DNA from: Eledone cirrhosa
Taxonomy: Eukaryota
Reading direction: 5' to 3'
Assembly: GCA_964016885.1 (NCBI GenBank)
Contig: OZ024741.1
Span: 65,658,001-65,722,000 of the forward strand
DNA length: 64,000 nucleotides
Positions 1 to 15,315 of this stretch are shown piece by piece. The notes beneath the pieces are model-generated. The model saw only the letters and a list, made by a program, of their open reading frames with translations. It did no database searches and was not told the origin of the DNA. A program made the position numbers and the translations under genes. The first letter of the stretch is position 1. Each line of letters opens with the position of its first letter.

Positions 1-1095
1 ATGTAGTGGGATCACAGGAAAGCTAACTAAGAACATAGATTTCACATGTGGCCGGTGCTCTGGTGCAATAAGTAGCAGCAAGTGCCCACAAAATACTAGC
101 TCTTTCAACTGCGCAGAGGGCTCTATAGAAATAGTGGACAGCTTCCGTTACCTGGGTGACAAAATCAGCAGTGGGGGAGGGTGCTCTGAAAGTACAGTAG
201 CTAGAGTCAGAACTGGATGGAAAAAGTTCAGAGAGCTTATACCACTATTAGCCGCTAAAGGGTTCTCCCTAAAAATGAAAGGCAGGTTGTATGATGCCTG
301 CATACGAACAGCAATGTTGCATGGTAGTGAGACCTGGGCATTGTGTGCAGAGGATATACGCAGACTAGAGAGGAACGAAGCTTGCATGCTCCGCTGGATG
401 TGTAATAGTAATATACGTGAACGGCAAAGCATAAACGAACTAAGGAAAAAATTAGAAATAAGAGGGATCAGATCTTGTTTACTCGAGAGAAGGCTACGTT
501 GGTATGGACACGTGATGCGCATGAAAGACGATAGCTGTATAACAAAGTGCAGGGCAATAAAGATAGACGGTAGCCACGGAATAGGCAGACCCAGAAAAAC
601 CTGGGACGAGCTGATAAATTCTGACCTCACACACTTACACCTCTCCAAGACAATGTCACTGGACCGAGACCTTTGGCGGTACTCATTAATAGAGAAGACC
701 CGCCTTACCTAAATACATAGTAAAACCTACTACAGTCAGTAGGCATCTCTAACAAAATACACCCCCGTCCCACCACCCCCACCCCACCCACACTGCCCCT
801 TTCTATGTAAAGTTATGTTGGTGCCACACCATCCAGGCCGAAACAAATGAGATCGTGTAGGTGCCACGACAAAAAACACACAGTCCACGCTGTAATGTGG
901 CCGTGTAGGCAATACGGTAAAAACCTCCCAGACCCACACTGTAAATGTGGTTGGTGTTAGGAAGGGCATCCAGCTGTAGAAAACCCGCCAGACAGTCCTA
1001 TGCGAGCAAGACAATCACTCTTGCCTCAAGTGGGAAAACCCCCGTCCAAACCCATGCAAGCGTGGAACACGGACGTTAAATGTTGATGATGATGA
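1..1095 (+). mobile_element. RTE-clade LINE, 3' part (family A), cut by the window edge; frame open 2..712, then 3' UTR and (GAT)n tail
   Basis: Translation contains FRYLG, MLHGSETWAL, RRLRWYGHVMRM and GRPRKTW, typical of the RTE ORF2 C-terminus; ends in ggacgttaaatgttgatgatgatg; near-identical to 54270-55390. Confidence 0.92.
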
Positions 1096-1969
1096 TATAT
1101 AGGTCAGTATGTGTATGTATATATATACACACACACATGTGAAAGAGAGTGGGGGAGAGAGAGGAAGGTTTGCTTATAAAAGGAAGTTGTGTTATGGAAA
1201 AAGTATGAAGAAATATTTACCTAGCATGAGAAAACTAAGCTTTCAGTTCCCTTATGTGTATATTTTTACTAAGTGCACAAGTATTTTTCATTGTAGCATA
1301 TTTTACTAAATAATCATGTATATTTCTATATATATTTCAATAGCATTACACTATAATGCATTAGACTAAATGGATTTGGGTTGTTGTTTTTTAATATACC
1401 AGTTGTTTTATAACTAATGAAACAATACCACACCCGGCTGTCACTCAAAACAGGTGAATATCCTGGTTATGTGACTTATTATTTCTATTTGTTCTATTTT
1501 AATTATTTAGTATCATCATCAACATTTAATGTCTATTATATCTACTAGCAAGGTTTATACATGTGTTTTCACAGACCAAGTCAGTACTCAAGCAATATTA
1601 CTAACTTCTCAGACAGGCTAGCAGTCACCTCTCACATGTATTCCTATACTCTACCAAGTCAGTACTCAAGCAGAGCTACTAACTTTTCATACAGGCCAGG
1701 TGCTCACCTCTAACTTACATTTGTTCTCATACTCTACCAAGTGGATTTTACTGTGGTTTCACTGCTAAGCTGGTTGTCATATCTTTGACGATACTGAAGA
1801 GTCCTCAGGGCCCTTTGTTTGGCAGGTTTTCTATGGCTGGATGGCTGGATGCCCTATATATATATTTTTACTAAGGGTCACAAAGTATTTTTCATTGTAG
1901 CATGTTTTACTAAATAAATATGTATATTTCTATATATATTTTACTATACATTTACACTATAGTGCATTA

Positions 1970-3340
1970 GACAACAGAGGAGTTCAAGACCGGCTGTCCA
2001 TGGGAACTCCTATACGCAGATGATCTAACGCTCATAGCTGAATCAATGGCTGAACTAGAGAAGAAATTTGAAACATGGAAGCATGGCCTAGAATCAAAAA
2101 GCCTTAAAGTTAACTTGTCTAAGACTAAAGTTCTAGTTTGTAGAAAGGAAAATAGGACACAGGTGCCCTCAGGGAAATGGCCATGCTCAGTGTATAGGAA
2201 AGGAGTAGGCAGAAATTCCATTTTATGTCCCAAATGCAAAGTATGGGTACATAAAAGATGTAGTGGGATCACAGGTAAACTATCTAAGAACGTAGACTTT
2301 ATATGTGGCCAATGCTCGGTGCAATAAGTAGCAAGTGTTCAAAGGATACTAGCTCCTTTCATTGGCCAGATGGTTCTATAGAAATAGTAGACACTTTCCA
2401 TTTCCTGGGTGACGAAATCAGCAGTGGTGGAGGGTGCTCTGAAAGTACAGTAGCCAGAGCCAGAACGGAATGGAAAAAGTTCAGAGAGCTTATACCGCTG
2501 TTGGCCACAAAAGGTTTCTCTCTAAAAATGAAAGGCAGATGATTCCTGTATACGAACAGCAATGCTACATGGCAGTGAGACATGGGCATTACATGCAGAG
2601 GACCTGCGTAGACTGGAAAGGAACGAAGCATGCATGCTCCGTTGGATGTGTAATAGTAATATACGTGAATGGCAAAGCATAAATGAACTAAGTGAGAAAT
2701 TAGGAATAAGAGGGATCAGATGCTGTTTACTTGAGAGAAGACTATGTTGGTATGGTCACGTGAGGCGCATGAAAGACGACAGCTGCATAAAAAGGTGCAG
2801 AGCGATCAAAATTGATGGTAGTTGCGGAGTAGGTAGACCCAGAAAAACCTGGAATGATCTGATAAATTCCGACCTCACACACTTACATCTCTCTAAGACA
2901 ATGTCTCTGGACCGAGACCTTTGGCGCTACGCATTAATACAGAAGACCTGCCTTGCCTATGTACAAAGCGAAACCTACAGTCAGTAGGCACCTCTTAACC
3001 AAATATACACCCCAATCTACTACCCCTACCCTATCTTCCCACCCCCACCAACAGCACGAGAAAATGAGATCGAGTTTGTGTAGGTGTCACAACAAAAAAA
3101 CACACAACACAGTCCACGCTGTAATGTGGCCGTGTAGGTAACACGGTAAAAAGTTCCCAGTTCCACACTGTAAATGTGGTCGGTGTTAGGAAGGGCATCC
3201 AGCCGTAGAAAACCTGCCAGATAGTCCTATATGAGCGAGACAGGGTCACCCGACCAGCCTTGCCTCAAGTGGGACAACTCCCGTCTAACCCATGCTAGCG
3301 TGGAAAACGGACGTTAAACGAAGATGATGATGATGATGAT
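1970..3340 (+). mobile_element. RTE-clade LINE family A, 5'-truncated and frameshifted copy
   Basis: PWELLYADDL at ~1998-2027, PHD-like Cys cluster, broken ORFs 2046-2327, 2303-2542 and 2562-2987, same 3' UTR and (GAT)n tail. Confidence 0.92.
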
Positions 3341-3721
3341 TACATATATATAAACATTCAGGAGGACTCTTCAGCCATGTCAAGGCCATGACAGCCTCCC
3401 TAGTGTTGGTGATCGACACGATAAACACACCCAGTACAGACTGTAACGTGGTTGGTGATAGGAAGGGCATCCAGCTATAGGAATCTTGCCAAACAAAAGG
3501 GTCGGGAGAACCCTCAGTTGTGTCAAAGACATGACAATCTCTCCTGTGCACTCGATGGAGCATTGATCATACATAAAATGAGACACAGATCGCTGACCTA
3601 CCTGGGAGATCAATGGCTCCGCTTCAGTACTGACTTGGTCTATGTAGCCCTATCCAATCCTTGCTAGCAGGGAAAGCAGACATTAAAACAACAATGATGA
3701 TGATGAGGATGATGATATATA

Positions 3722-3803
3722 TATACAAGGTGTTTAAAAAAAATGTATACACACTTCAACAGCATTCTGATCAGTGTGTATACATTTTGGGGGGACACCC
3801 TGT
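3722..3803. mobile_element. ~80-bp Tc1/mariner-type MITE
   Basis: TA-flanked inverted termini tacaaggtgt...aatgtatacacact / agtgtgtatacatt...acaccctgta. Confidence 0.6.
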
Positions 3804-3822
3804 ATATATATATATATATATA

Positions 3823-4300
<478 letters not shown>

Positions 4301-4354
4301 CAATTATCCTAAGATAAAATGTGACACCTTTGAGATCTTTCCTTATGCCATTTA

Positions 4355-4595
4355 TTGGAGGGCTGTAGATTGGGAGAATCACTAGAGTGTCAGACAAAAT
4401 GCTTTACAGTATCTAGTTATGACTCATTATATTCTGAGTTCAAATCCTGCTGAGGTCAACTTTGCCGTTCACACATTTGGGGTTGATAGATAATGTAGCA
4501 GTCAAGTACTGGGTGTCAAAATAATCATCTTTCAATACCCCCAACCCAATCACTAGTGAAAAATTTGTTAGTTTTGTGCCTAAACAAGAAACTGT
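4355..4595 (+). mobile_element. tRNA-derived SINE family M (Meta-domain-like); further copies near 7300, 12862, 13237, 21285, 21855, 22045, 32830, 33935, 36274, 49600 and 59190
   Basis: Box-B-like gagttcaaatcc followed by gaggt(c/t)aactttgcc...ggggttgata...agta repeated across the window; domain name is from memory and unverified. Confidence 0.75.
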
Positions 4596-4619
4596 TATTT
4601 ATTGTTTAAAGAAAATTCA

Positions 4620-4960
4620 GTGTTGTGTTATTTCATATGATGTTGTATGGTGTTGTGTGGTTTGTGAGGTGTTGTGTGATGTTGTGAAGTGTTATGTATA
4701 ATTGTGTGATGTGTGGTGTTGTGTGATGTTGTAAGGCATTGTGTGATGTTGTGTGGTGTTGTATGGTGTTATGTGGTGTTGTATGGTGTTATGTGATGTT
4801 GTATGGTGTTATATGGTATTGTATGGTGTTGTGAGGTATTGTGTGATGTTATGTGGTGTTATGTGGTGTTGTGTGGTGATGTGTATTATTGTGTGGTATT
4901 TTAAGGGGTTATGTGGTGTTTTGTGGTGTTGTGTGATGTTGTGTGGTGTTGTGTGCAATA
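4620..4960. repeat. Degenerate pentamer microsatellite (GTTGT/GTGAT)n
   Basis: Directly visible. Confidence 0.9.
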
Positions 4961-5445
4961 TTGTAATGATGGGAAGAGAAGTAAATGGTAGTGCTTTGAA
5001 GGGTTTAAAATGTTACAGTATTTAGCTCTGTCCCTCTCTCTACATTCTGATCTAAAATTCTGTCAAAGACAACTTTGTTTTCACCTCACACACATCCACA
5101 CACAGATTCATGCACATACATCCATGCACACACACACACTAACACCTGGTCAATATTACTTTCAACAACCTACTTTTGAAAACTTTAATATGATAACGAC
5201 GATGAGTTGATGACAACAACATGCCTGTATTTCTAATAAAGTCCACTGTAATATAATTAATTAAGAATTTGGAAAGTTGTACTAAAATTACTAATTACTT
5301 CCTTATTAAGATGGAATTTGTAACACAACTTAACAAATCTTTTGGAGGTCAAATTATGTTGGAAGATATTTATTTAAATAGAAACTATTTCAAATGGCTG
5401 GTTTTGTTTCATAGGGTCAGATGCAGTTTTTGGCAGGCTGGTGGT

Positions 5446-5760
5446 CTTCTTCTCCTCCTCCTCCTCCTCCCACTTATTCCTGAGAGGATTGGGGGGGGGG
5501 GGGGGGCAGAGTCCTCAAACACTCCTTCCAGTGTGTTCTGTCAGAAGCAACCGTCTCTAACTGATCCGGCTGGATCCCTAGACGTGACCGGCCAAGCTCA
5601 TGGATGTTATCTAACCATCTTGCTTGGGGTCTACCCCTGGGTCTCCTGCCAGTTGGTTTTGCCTGTAAAATCTGTCCAGCGATTCTATCCTGAAACATTC
5701 TACCCACATGATGTGATCTCTCAATTTGGAGAAGTAGCGGCTCTACCTGGAATGTGTGTG
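5446..5760 (-). mobile_element. RTE-clade LINE 3' fragment (different family, Expander/Rex3-like C-terminus) with (GAG)n tail
   Basis: EPLLLQIERS..HVGRM...PTGRRPRGRPQARWLDNI...DRTHW. Confidence 0.75.
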
Positions 5761-8700
5761 TGATCAACTATAGGCTGGTATACAAATGATTAAACATTTG
5801 AACCTAATCAAATTTAACCCAAAGTCCTAAAGAAAAGGCCTAAGTTAGTATCAAATCATTTGTATCAATTATTTCCCCTGAGATATATACAGCTCAATAC
5901 AGAATGATGACTAAACACAAGAGGGAACTCATAGCCAATGTGTAAAAATATGATACTAACCTATATGATCTCTCAGTAATCATGTCAATAAAAATACTTC
6001 ATCCATCACCTAGTTTAACCCTTTAGCATTTAAGCCAGCCATATCCGACCAAACTTCTCTCACCTCTTTCTGTTCAAACCTACCATAATTGGCCACTCAT
6101 ATTTATGTTAAGGTATTGTTCCGAAAATAAATAACAGCAAAATCTTATTTGATAGTATGTGAGATAATTACATATGATAAAGCCTTTACTGTGAAAATAC
6201 AACAGTATGTTCATATCTTCATCACATGGCTATTGTATACCTTTAGCAGTGTCTTCTTTGTTACAAGTTTTGTCACCTGGTTTAATATCAACACCACATA
6301 GCTCTTGTATGATTTTGTTACAAGCAGTGTCTACTTTGTTACAAGCAGTGTCTACTTTGTTACAAGCATGCTGACAATGTTACCAGTTTCTTCCTCCCTT
6401 TCCCTCACCTTTCTCAGAAGCCACACAAAATGCCATGGGTGTGATCCCTTTCTCCACTAAGCTATCAAAAACAAAAAGCAAAGTCACCTGACTAAACCAT
6501 ACATAGTACAACAGATTATCTCATTATTCTTTCCCATACAAGGAACACTTACATGGACAAGTATAAGAAAGTATGTATCATAGCCTCTAGACATTGCAGG
6601 AGCTTTTGACAAACTAACACAAAAGATTTTGTGCCAAGATGTAATCTAAAAGATTACACAGAAAATTGTCGACAGTTGCAGAATTAACCCTTTTGTTACC
6701 ATATTTATAATGAAATATACACTCTTTCAATTAATTAACACAGAATTTTGAAGGATTTACTCAAATGATTAATTATTTTGTTCTGTGTATATTAACTTAA
6801 AATATGGTTCTTCTATAATATCATGTTGAAAGATATATATATTTATATAGGAATTGTTTCATAGAACCATGACTGGTTTTGGCTGGGTTGGTATCAAAAG
6901 GGTTAAAAGCCAGGATAGTTTATTAGAACTAACATTTCATAAAATCAATGGCCCTATAAAAGAAAAAAGGAAGCCCATCTTGCTTTTTATACACTTTTAG
7001 AGTTGTAAACTGTCTGTAAATGAGAAACTTGAAATAATAGTTTCTGGTTTAGGCACAAGGCCAGCAATTTTGGAAGAGGGAATATTTGATTAAATTGACC
7101 CCAGTGTATTACAGGAAGTGTGTTGTGTCCTTGATTAAGACACTTTATTTGACAGTGGTCCAGTTCATTCAGCTGCAAAAAAGTGAGTTGCAACGTATCT
7201 GGTGCCAAGCTCTATTGGCCTTTGCCTTTTCCTTGGACAACATCGCCGGTGTGGAGAATGTGACTGCTGGCCTTCCACCAAAACATGTTTCCCAGTCTTG
7301 TACCTAGGTGGAGAACTTTTCAGGTGCAAATCCCATGGTTCAAATCCTGCTGAATGCAACTTTGCCTATCATCCTTTTGAGGTTGATAAAAGTAGAACCA
7401 GTCCCATACTATGGTTGATTCTTCTTCTATATTTCTCCTTCACTGGAAGAAATTGATAGTGCTGAGATGTGGAGAGTAAATTGGCTCCACCAGGTTTAAA
7501 GTGACAAAGAAAAGTTGTATGTCACAAGAAAGCCCCTACAACACCATCAGGAGTTACAGGTCCTATCCATCCCTTCAATCTTTCTAATTTCTCATTCTTT
7601 CTTCTGATGAAAGACTAGCATCCAAAACATTAAGACCCTCTTCTTGCTATTTCAAGCGTTAAACTAATATATTCCTTTCATATACTGTACCATTTGTGTT
7701 GTTATTTCTGTTTACCTTTTACATATATATATTATATGAGGGTTGACTGAAAAGTTCATAGGCTGACTAAGAAGGATTGATGGTAGAGCTGTGAAATCTT
7801 GCATGCATTAATTTCAACCTGAAATTGCCCTGAATTTATCATACAAAAGTGTTCATTTTAAAATGTTAATCCTTATGAGAAAGTTAGATTCATTGAATTT
7901 TTTTTTTTTTTTTCTACAATAGTCTAAGTAATAGGGTCTATAAACTCCCCCCATGACAAAAAATATAGACTTGTATACCTCAATTTAGAATATTTCAGTA
8001 AAAGAAAAAGTTGATGAAGCTTTAATATTCGCATAAATCACAAATTTAACTTTCTCATAAATTTCAATTTTTTTTTTTATTAAAGAAAATTAATCTGAAT
8101 AATATATACACCAATAATGGAAAAATATAGACTTATATGCCCTATTATTCAGATTAATTTTCTTCAGTAAAAAAAAAAATTGATGAAGCTTTAATTTTCT
8201 CATAAATTTCAAATTTTGCTGATCATTTCTAAACATACATTCATTTGTTTATCCTTATATCAAAACCTTCCATCATAATTATTTTAGAAAATTTTGTGTT
8301 CTAAATATCAGCTTACTAATGAAAATTTTATTTATTTTAAGTAAGTTTATTTTGAAACAGCAAGCGAGTTTGAAAATAGAAATAGAAGTTTTCACTGTAT
8401 TTTTCACTGAAGAAATTTTAGCCCTCTAAGAAATGGAAAAAGATGAGCATTGACATCAATACTCATCTTTTTCCATTTCCTAGAGGGTTCTAAACCCCAC
8501 TATCACCCTAAAATTTGTTTAGTCAAAAATACAACATAAGCTTCTATTTTTATTTATTTATTTTATTTAATTCCTCCAAATTTTTGGATATTTTCAAAAT
8601 TAATTGAAACACATAGGTAGTGTATTCCGTTAGAAATATGGTAAAAAAAAGGGTTAATATGCAGTTCAGTGGCATCTAGCTGCAAAGAAAATGTCTTAAC

Positions 8701-8819
8701 CACATAGTTATACTTCCTTTTCCATAGGAGGCAAGTTGCAGCAAATTCTGTACATAACCAACTGCCAGCAAATCAAAGGTTTTCTAGTTTAGTATTTAAG
8801 ATATTGTACAAGGACTAGC

Positions 8820-9580
8820 AGTTACACACACACATACACACACATAAATGCACACACAGAGACACATACACACACACTCACACACACATCAATGCACAAA
8901 CAGAGGACACGCACCACACATACGCACACTTGCACACATACTCACCAATACACACAAAGGCACACACCGCATATACCCAGCCTCTGCACATCTGCATATC
9001 TGCACACATATAGCATGTGCCCACACATAAATATGATATGCACACACAAAACACATGTACACAAACACCACAGACACACACTATTCCCATGTACACACAC
9101 ACCATATACACACGCCATATACACAGATACACATACACCACATGCCGATACATATAGACACCACATACACATGCATAATGCATGCATACACACCACATGC
9201 ACACACACACACACCAACCATATGTCTACACACCACACACAAACCACATGCACGCACACACACATATACCACACACACACATTGGAACATACACACCCCA
9301 CATGTACACATATACACACTACATACACATATGTATATACACACCACATATACACACACAGCACATGCACAAACCAGCACACACATACCACATGCTACAC
9401 ACCACATGTACACATACATACTGCATGCATATATACATACATGCACCATATGCGCACACACACATGCACAAACCTGCACGCAAACATGTATACATACATA
9501 CCCTATGTCCACACACCACACGTGCCATACACACACCCACCCATCTGCACACATACACCCCACATGCTCACACACACATT
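8820..9580. repeat. Degenerate (CA)n-rich low-complexity tract
   Basis: Directly visible; source of spurious HT/CV-rich ORFs. Confidence 0.9.
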
Positions 9581-10209
9581 CTAGTACCTGTTATCAAGAG
9601 GGTTGGTATTCATATAATTACCACCAGCCTGTAAACAACGGAAATAAGAATCCTGGGTGTACCATTTCCTAATGTCTATTCATAATACATGTAGCATAGA
9701 ATTGCCAAAAGATTTTTGCACTTAGCTATAAACATATTCCGGAAGCTGCAACGAAAATGTTACCACTTTACAGACATTAACTTTTTCCAAAGATGAGTGC
9801 AGGAATACTGAAATGTATCTTTCTGAAAGGCACTGAAACCAATAGTTGACACATCAGAGAGACTCCACTTGAAATGTCTAATAGAGCTATTTGTTTATTG
9901 AATAAATATTGTTGTCTTTGTTCAAGACAGAGCGTGAATATATTTCAATTCATAGAAAAATGAGAAAACTCAATGCAAGAATATCTGTCAAAACAGCCAA
10001 ATACTGTCAATGACAGCGTTGGGTAAAAATAACTCTGAGCACAGAGAACAGTGGCTACTGGTTGGTATAGAGACAATCCACGGGGTTGGTGACAGGTAGA
10101 TGAAATATAGAAACGATTGACATAATAAACATAAAATCTCACCGACACACATACATAAATATGCATATTTACACATACACACATCCCCCCACATACACAC
10201 ATATATACA

Positions 10210-11581
10210 CATCAGATGGAACAAAAATTCTGTCCAATTTTAACAATTTTTGCAAATCAAAATAATTGTAATTATGGATGTATTTTATCATCAATATATT
10301 CTCCACCACTTTCAGTTACATTCTTCCATTAGCCAATAGGCTTATAGATACTATGTTTATGAATTCCTTGAGGTTTTGATGTAAAACAGGAAACTAATGT
10401 ATATACCTGAGAAATTGACAAAAATCCAAACCCATTTATAAGCCAAGGTAGCTAATCAACACATTGTTTACATGATGTATATAAGCTGATACCCACCTCC
10501 ATTTTAACATTGATTATTTGGTCACATATTCCTCGGCTTATATTTGAGTATATACAGTAACTCATGTTCGACCTCCTCTTTTGATGTTAGTCTATGTTCA
10601 TTAAAATGATTTTGTAAACCCCTAACTAAATAATAATCATAAGGATCCAGGCTGGGAGAATATGGTGGCTCAAAGCAATTTTCCCCAGCCATGTTCATCT
10701 TGGAGAGTCCTTGGTTACTTGTGCAGCATGAATACAAATATCAACATAATAGAAAATGATCCCTTTTCTGTTTGTTAAGGATGGAAGGTCTTTGTTTAAA
10801 GTTGTTTCCAAACAGCAAAGTTGTTGGCAGTAAACCTCAACTGTAATTGTTTGATTATTGTTTAACAGTTCATAATTAGCCATTCCTTGTATATTCCACT
10901 ACCTGCTTAATGGGATTTTCCTTGGATGCAGTTCCTCCTTTGGTTAGTGGGCAAGTCTATCACAAAAAAACCCCAAATACTTGTATATCTAATGCTCTAC
11001 AATAATCAACATGTTGGTGATTCTCTATAGAATCAACCCATTTCGAAAGGTTTAAAACTTTTCCAAGCTATTTTCAATTGACATAGGACAAACATATGGT
11101 TAACATTGAAATGCATGCTGAGTTTCTTAGCCATAATGAAAAGATTTGCTGCAACAGTAACTAAGTCAAATCCTTTTGGATAACTATCTAACCCATGCTA
11201 GCGTGGAAAAATGGATGTAAAACGGTGATGATGATGATTTCTTGGTTCATCCTTTAGGCTGATGTCTCCATTTCTGAAATGGAAAAAACCACCTCCTACA
11301 TGGTTTATCTCATATTGCATGAACACATTAAGTGCTCTGGGTGGATTTTGCTGTTGTACTTTCATTGACCCTTTTATGAACTTGTAAAGCAGGACATGTA
11401 GATGGATCAAACATGGGGTCAATTTGAATGATTTTTCATGAATAATGTTCTTATAATCTGAAAGGAAAAGAGCTTTATTACTTCAGGTGACATAACTAAT
11501 CATCACATAGTGATAGAACTTAAAAAATTTGGTTCAACAATTTTGGATCGAAAATCAGACAAATTTTGTTCCAGCTTGATG
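10210..11581 (-). mobile_element. Decayed full-span mariner transposon with nested insertions
   Basis: Inverted termini catcagatggaacaaaaattctgtcc / cagacaaattttgttccagcttgatg; PPYSPSLDPYDYYLVRGLQNHF resembles mariner YSPDLAPSDY; YELL..NQTITVEVYCQQL; FRNGDISLKDEPR. Confidence 0.85.
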
Positions 11582-11838
11582 CATACATGCATAGAGATAA
11601 TGCTGATTATATATATAGAGAGAGTCGATTGACTTTCATCAAATCGAACCAAGAAAACAACGTTTTCGCTGGTCTTTCCAATTGCTAATACTATCTATTG
11701 GTCGCAACTCCAGGTAGAAGGAGCAACGTGAAATAAAGTGTCTTGCTCAAGGACATAACGCATCGCCCGGTCCAGGAATCAAACTGACAACCTCACGATT
11801 GCGAATCCAGCAGTTCTCTAAACACTCAACCACACGCC

Positions 11839-11871
<33 letters not shown>

Positions 11872-12020
11872 GTATATATATATATAAAGAGAGAGAGAGT
11901 CTGCAATGCTGAGACCAGAAAGACCACTAATCAGGGGACCACACAATGTGTGGGGAGAGGCAAAGTGGGTATAGATGTAGGTAAAATCCCAACCGTGGCG
12001 CCAAGCAGTAGGGATTCTAC

Positions 12021-12101
<81 letters not shown>

Positions 12102-12726
12102 TAGATAAGTATATATTACTTGTATGTTTTGTGAAGGGAACATTTCCATGAACCAAAATATCGTCTTCCTGTCTTCCTCCGGTTGCAACGTTTTTTAAAT
12201 ATTCACTTCTGCGTTTACAGATTGACTTTGTTAGTTTCAGAAGATCCCGTTAAGGGTGAAAGCAGCGATTCTTTGCTTAAACTTTAATCTGTTATTTTAA
12301 TAAATATATATATATATACACTCACATGCACATAAGCACATATATATATATATATATATATACGTATATGTATATATATGTATATATAGATCTACACTCA
12401 CATGCACATACGCACGTATATATATAGGAGAAGGCAACTCAGGAAGCTGGGATAGCTCCGATATAAAACCTGTAGCTCAGTAGTTACCGATGATGTTGAT
12501 CTTTTCTTCTTTTTGGGTTATAGCTACTGTCGCTCAGAGAGTGCGATTGGTTCAGTGCACAGTCTTTCCTCACTTTAAAAAATATCTTCATGCACAGGCA
12601 TTGCACGATAGAATTAATTAATAATTATTAATAATGGCATATCGTGCAATGGCCATACTCGATAACGAGGGGGCAGCCATCATATATATATATGTGCTTA
12701 TGTGTGTGTGTGTGTGTGTGTGTACA

Positions 12727-12850
12727 TTGCTCTTTTTCTTAAAGTCTTCTGCCATATCCATAATGAACCTTTTTCCGCCTTCATCAGTCCTTTCATGAAC
12801 CCATTCCATATTACCATTCCAAGGTATTTCTAACTCAACATAAGTTCAGA
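12727..12850 (-). pseudogene. Possible HERO/NeSL-type restriction-like endonuclease remnant
   Basis: Minus strand VELEIPWNGNMEWVHER resembles the ELTVPWE.N...AHERK motif. Confidence 0.35.
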
Positions 12851-14287
12851 CCATTATGTCATTGGCAGTATCGGTAGAGGGTCTGACGCTATGCTTTGCA
12901 GCAAAGAGTTATGCTCCTTTATGGTTTGAGTTCAAATCCCGCCGAGGTTAACTTTGCCTTTCATCCTTACGGGGTCGATAAAATAAAGTACCAGTAATGT
13001 ATTGGGTAATTGCTGGCCTTGTGCCTAAAGTAGAAACAATTATGTCATTATAACAATATGGTGCAGGAGTATGAGTGTTTTTTTAATGTTCATCTGTACA
13101 TTCCAATATTTGGCACCTTGCAGGAGTTCAGGTGCTGGATTTACTTTGTTCACCCACCTGCTGCATTATCTTTGCTTATACTCCTTGTGAAAGACAACAG
13201 AGTGCAGCTTTGCATTATTATTATTAATACACAACAGGGCGGTAGATTGGCAGTATCAGTAGAGCGTCAGACACTATACTTTACAATCTATACTTGTGGC
13301 CATTTACGTTCTTAGTTCAAATCCTTACGGGGTCGATAAAATAAAGCACCAGTAATGTACTGGGGTTGATTTAATCGACCTTCCCCTCTCCCCAAATTGC
13401 TGGCCTTGTACCTATAGTAGAAATCACTGTTAATACACGACACCACACAACACTACAAAACAGCTTACATCACACAACACCTCACAACACCTCAAAAGGA
13501 ATGATGTTACAACTGTGAAATCTTGCATGCTTAATTTCAACTCTTCTTCTTAATAATTGCATTGTTTCTTTCGAGGGACTATGCTGAAAAATATACCTCA
13601 TTTGGTCATTCTATGAGAGTATCTTGGTCAGCTTATGAAGTTTTCAACAGACCCTCATATACAATATTCTTAGGAAGTCCAAGATACTTGTAGTATTTAT
13701 CATTGGAAAGGGAGATAGTGATGATGATGGTGGTGATGATGATGATGATGGATCCTGCATTAGTTTTGTTGATGAGTATTCAGTTGTTTAATCAACTGAG
13801 CATCCAACTTCTGTATTAACATGCAAGTGATTGAGTATTCCACAGACACATGTACCCTTAATGTAATTTTCAGACTCAATCAATAAGACTCAAAATGTGA
13901 AAAAGCTGGACCTTTGAATTACAGGTTCAATCTAACTGACAGGCTTCCATGCAGTTTCCATCTACCAAATTTACTCACGAACCTTAAGTCAACCCACAGT
14001 TATGGCAAAGACACTTGTCTAAGATAACATGCAGTAGGATCAAACCTCAATCCTCATTGCTACAAATCAAACTTTTTCCCCATTCAGCCAGGGAGATAAA
14101 GTCATTGATATCTGAGAAAGACAAAGGCATTAGATTCAAATTATAAACAATGTTTTATTTTTATAGTGTTCAATCCAAGTGATAAACAGTGTTTTATTAC
14201 TACTTTTGACAATTACACTTTATTAGTATATCATTCTGTACACTACTGATGAGATATACACACAAACATGCATGCACACATGCACAT

Positions 14288-14379
<92 letters not shown>

Positions 14380-15194
14380 CATCACCATTATCAACATTTA
14401 ATGTCTGCTTTCCTTGCTATCACGAGTTGGATGAGTCAACATAGACCAAGTCAGTACTGATGCAGGGTTACTGATCTTCTAGAGATGCTGAAGATTTTGT
14501 ATATTGCTTATGTATGGTCTCACATTCTACTGAGTGCACAAGAAGGTTGTCATGTTTTTGACACAACTGAAGGGTCCTGCCAACCCTTTGTTTGGCAAAC
14601 TTTCTACAGCTGGATGCCTTCCTATCACCAACTATTTTACAGTATGTACTGGGTACATTTATCATGTAGATCACCAACACTAGGAGGAGTGGAGGGGGGG
14701 CTATAGGGATGGTGTGGATAGCTGCTAGGGAGTGCCAAAGGAGAGATGAGTGGTTGTGGGGGCATGTATGGAGTGCATAGGGGGAAAAGAGTAAACTACT
14801 AGGGTGCAATAGTGAGGGTATCTAAAGGCTTTTGAGGGTCAGCAACTAAGGAGTAAATACTAGATGGGCATGGATGGAGTGGCAATGTGTAGTGATGGTA
14901 GGGATAGCTACTAGGGAATGCTAATGGAAGGGCGAGGGGACACGGGGATAAGCCAGGTCAAATTGTATGCTGTTGGCCAGGTCTCTCGAGCACAGCATAG
15001 TGCTAGCCCTTTGTCATCTGTTGTGAGGTTTGGTTTTTTTAAGCTTCATCTAAATGACCTCATCCCAAGTCTTCTCTCTTGCACACTACATCCAATTCCT
15101 ATATATATATATATATATATATATAGAATTCCTAAAGATCCAATTCCTATATATATATATATATATAGAAATAGGATTTTGCTTCAAGCATAGC

Positions 15195-15315
15195 TTTATA
15201 CAAATATGTATAGCGATTACGTATTTCTAAAGAAACACGTTATGTTTACAAGAAACATTTAGGAAGCCATAGCTATGCAAACACTGGAGCTAACACCCTC
15301 TGGTGGTGTCCAACA
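15195..15315 (-). mobile_element. 3' UTR fragment of the CRE-like element at 51.1-51.6 kb
   Basis: cgtattt.taaagaaacacg.tatgtttac...ccatagctatgcaaaca...ccctctggtggtgtccaac shared with 51094-51188. Confidence 0.7.

Noticed and set aside
148-648. Antisense ORFs over LINE copies (also 53976-54695 and 29427-29816)
   Set aside because: Shadow frames of conserved RT/EN coding sequence
6580-6615. LDIAGAFDK LINE RT-like motif
   Set aside because: Isolated motif; element boundaries cannot be defined
7595-7640. ctgatga...aaaac hammerhead-like relic
   Set aside because: GAAA core and stem II are disrupted; too decayed to call
9588-9628. 41-nt minus-strand micro-exon candidate
   Set aside because: Good acceptor but weak donor, and no supporting partner exon
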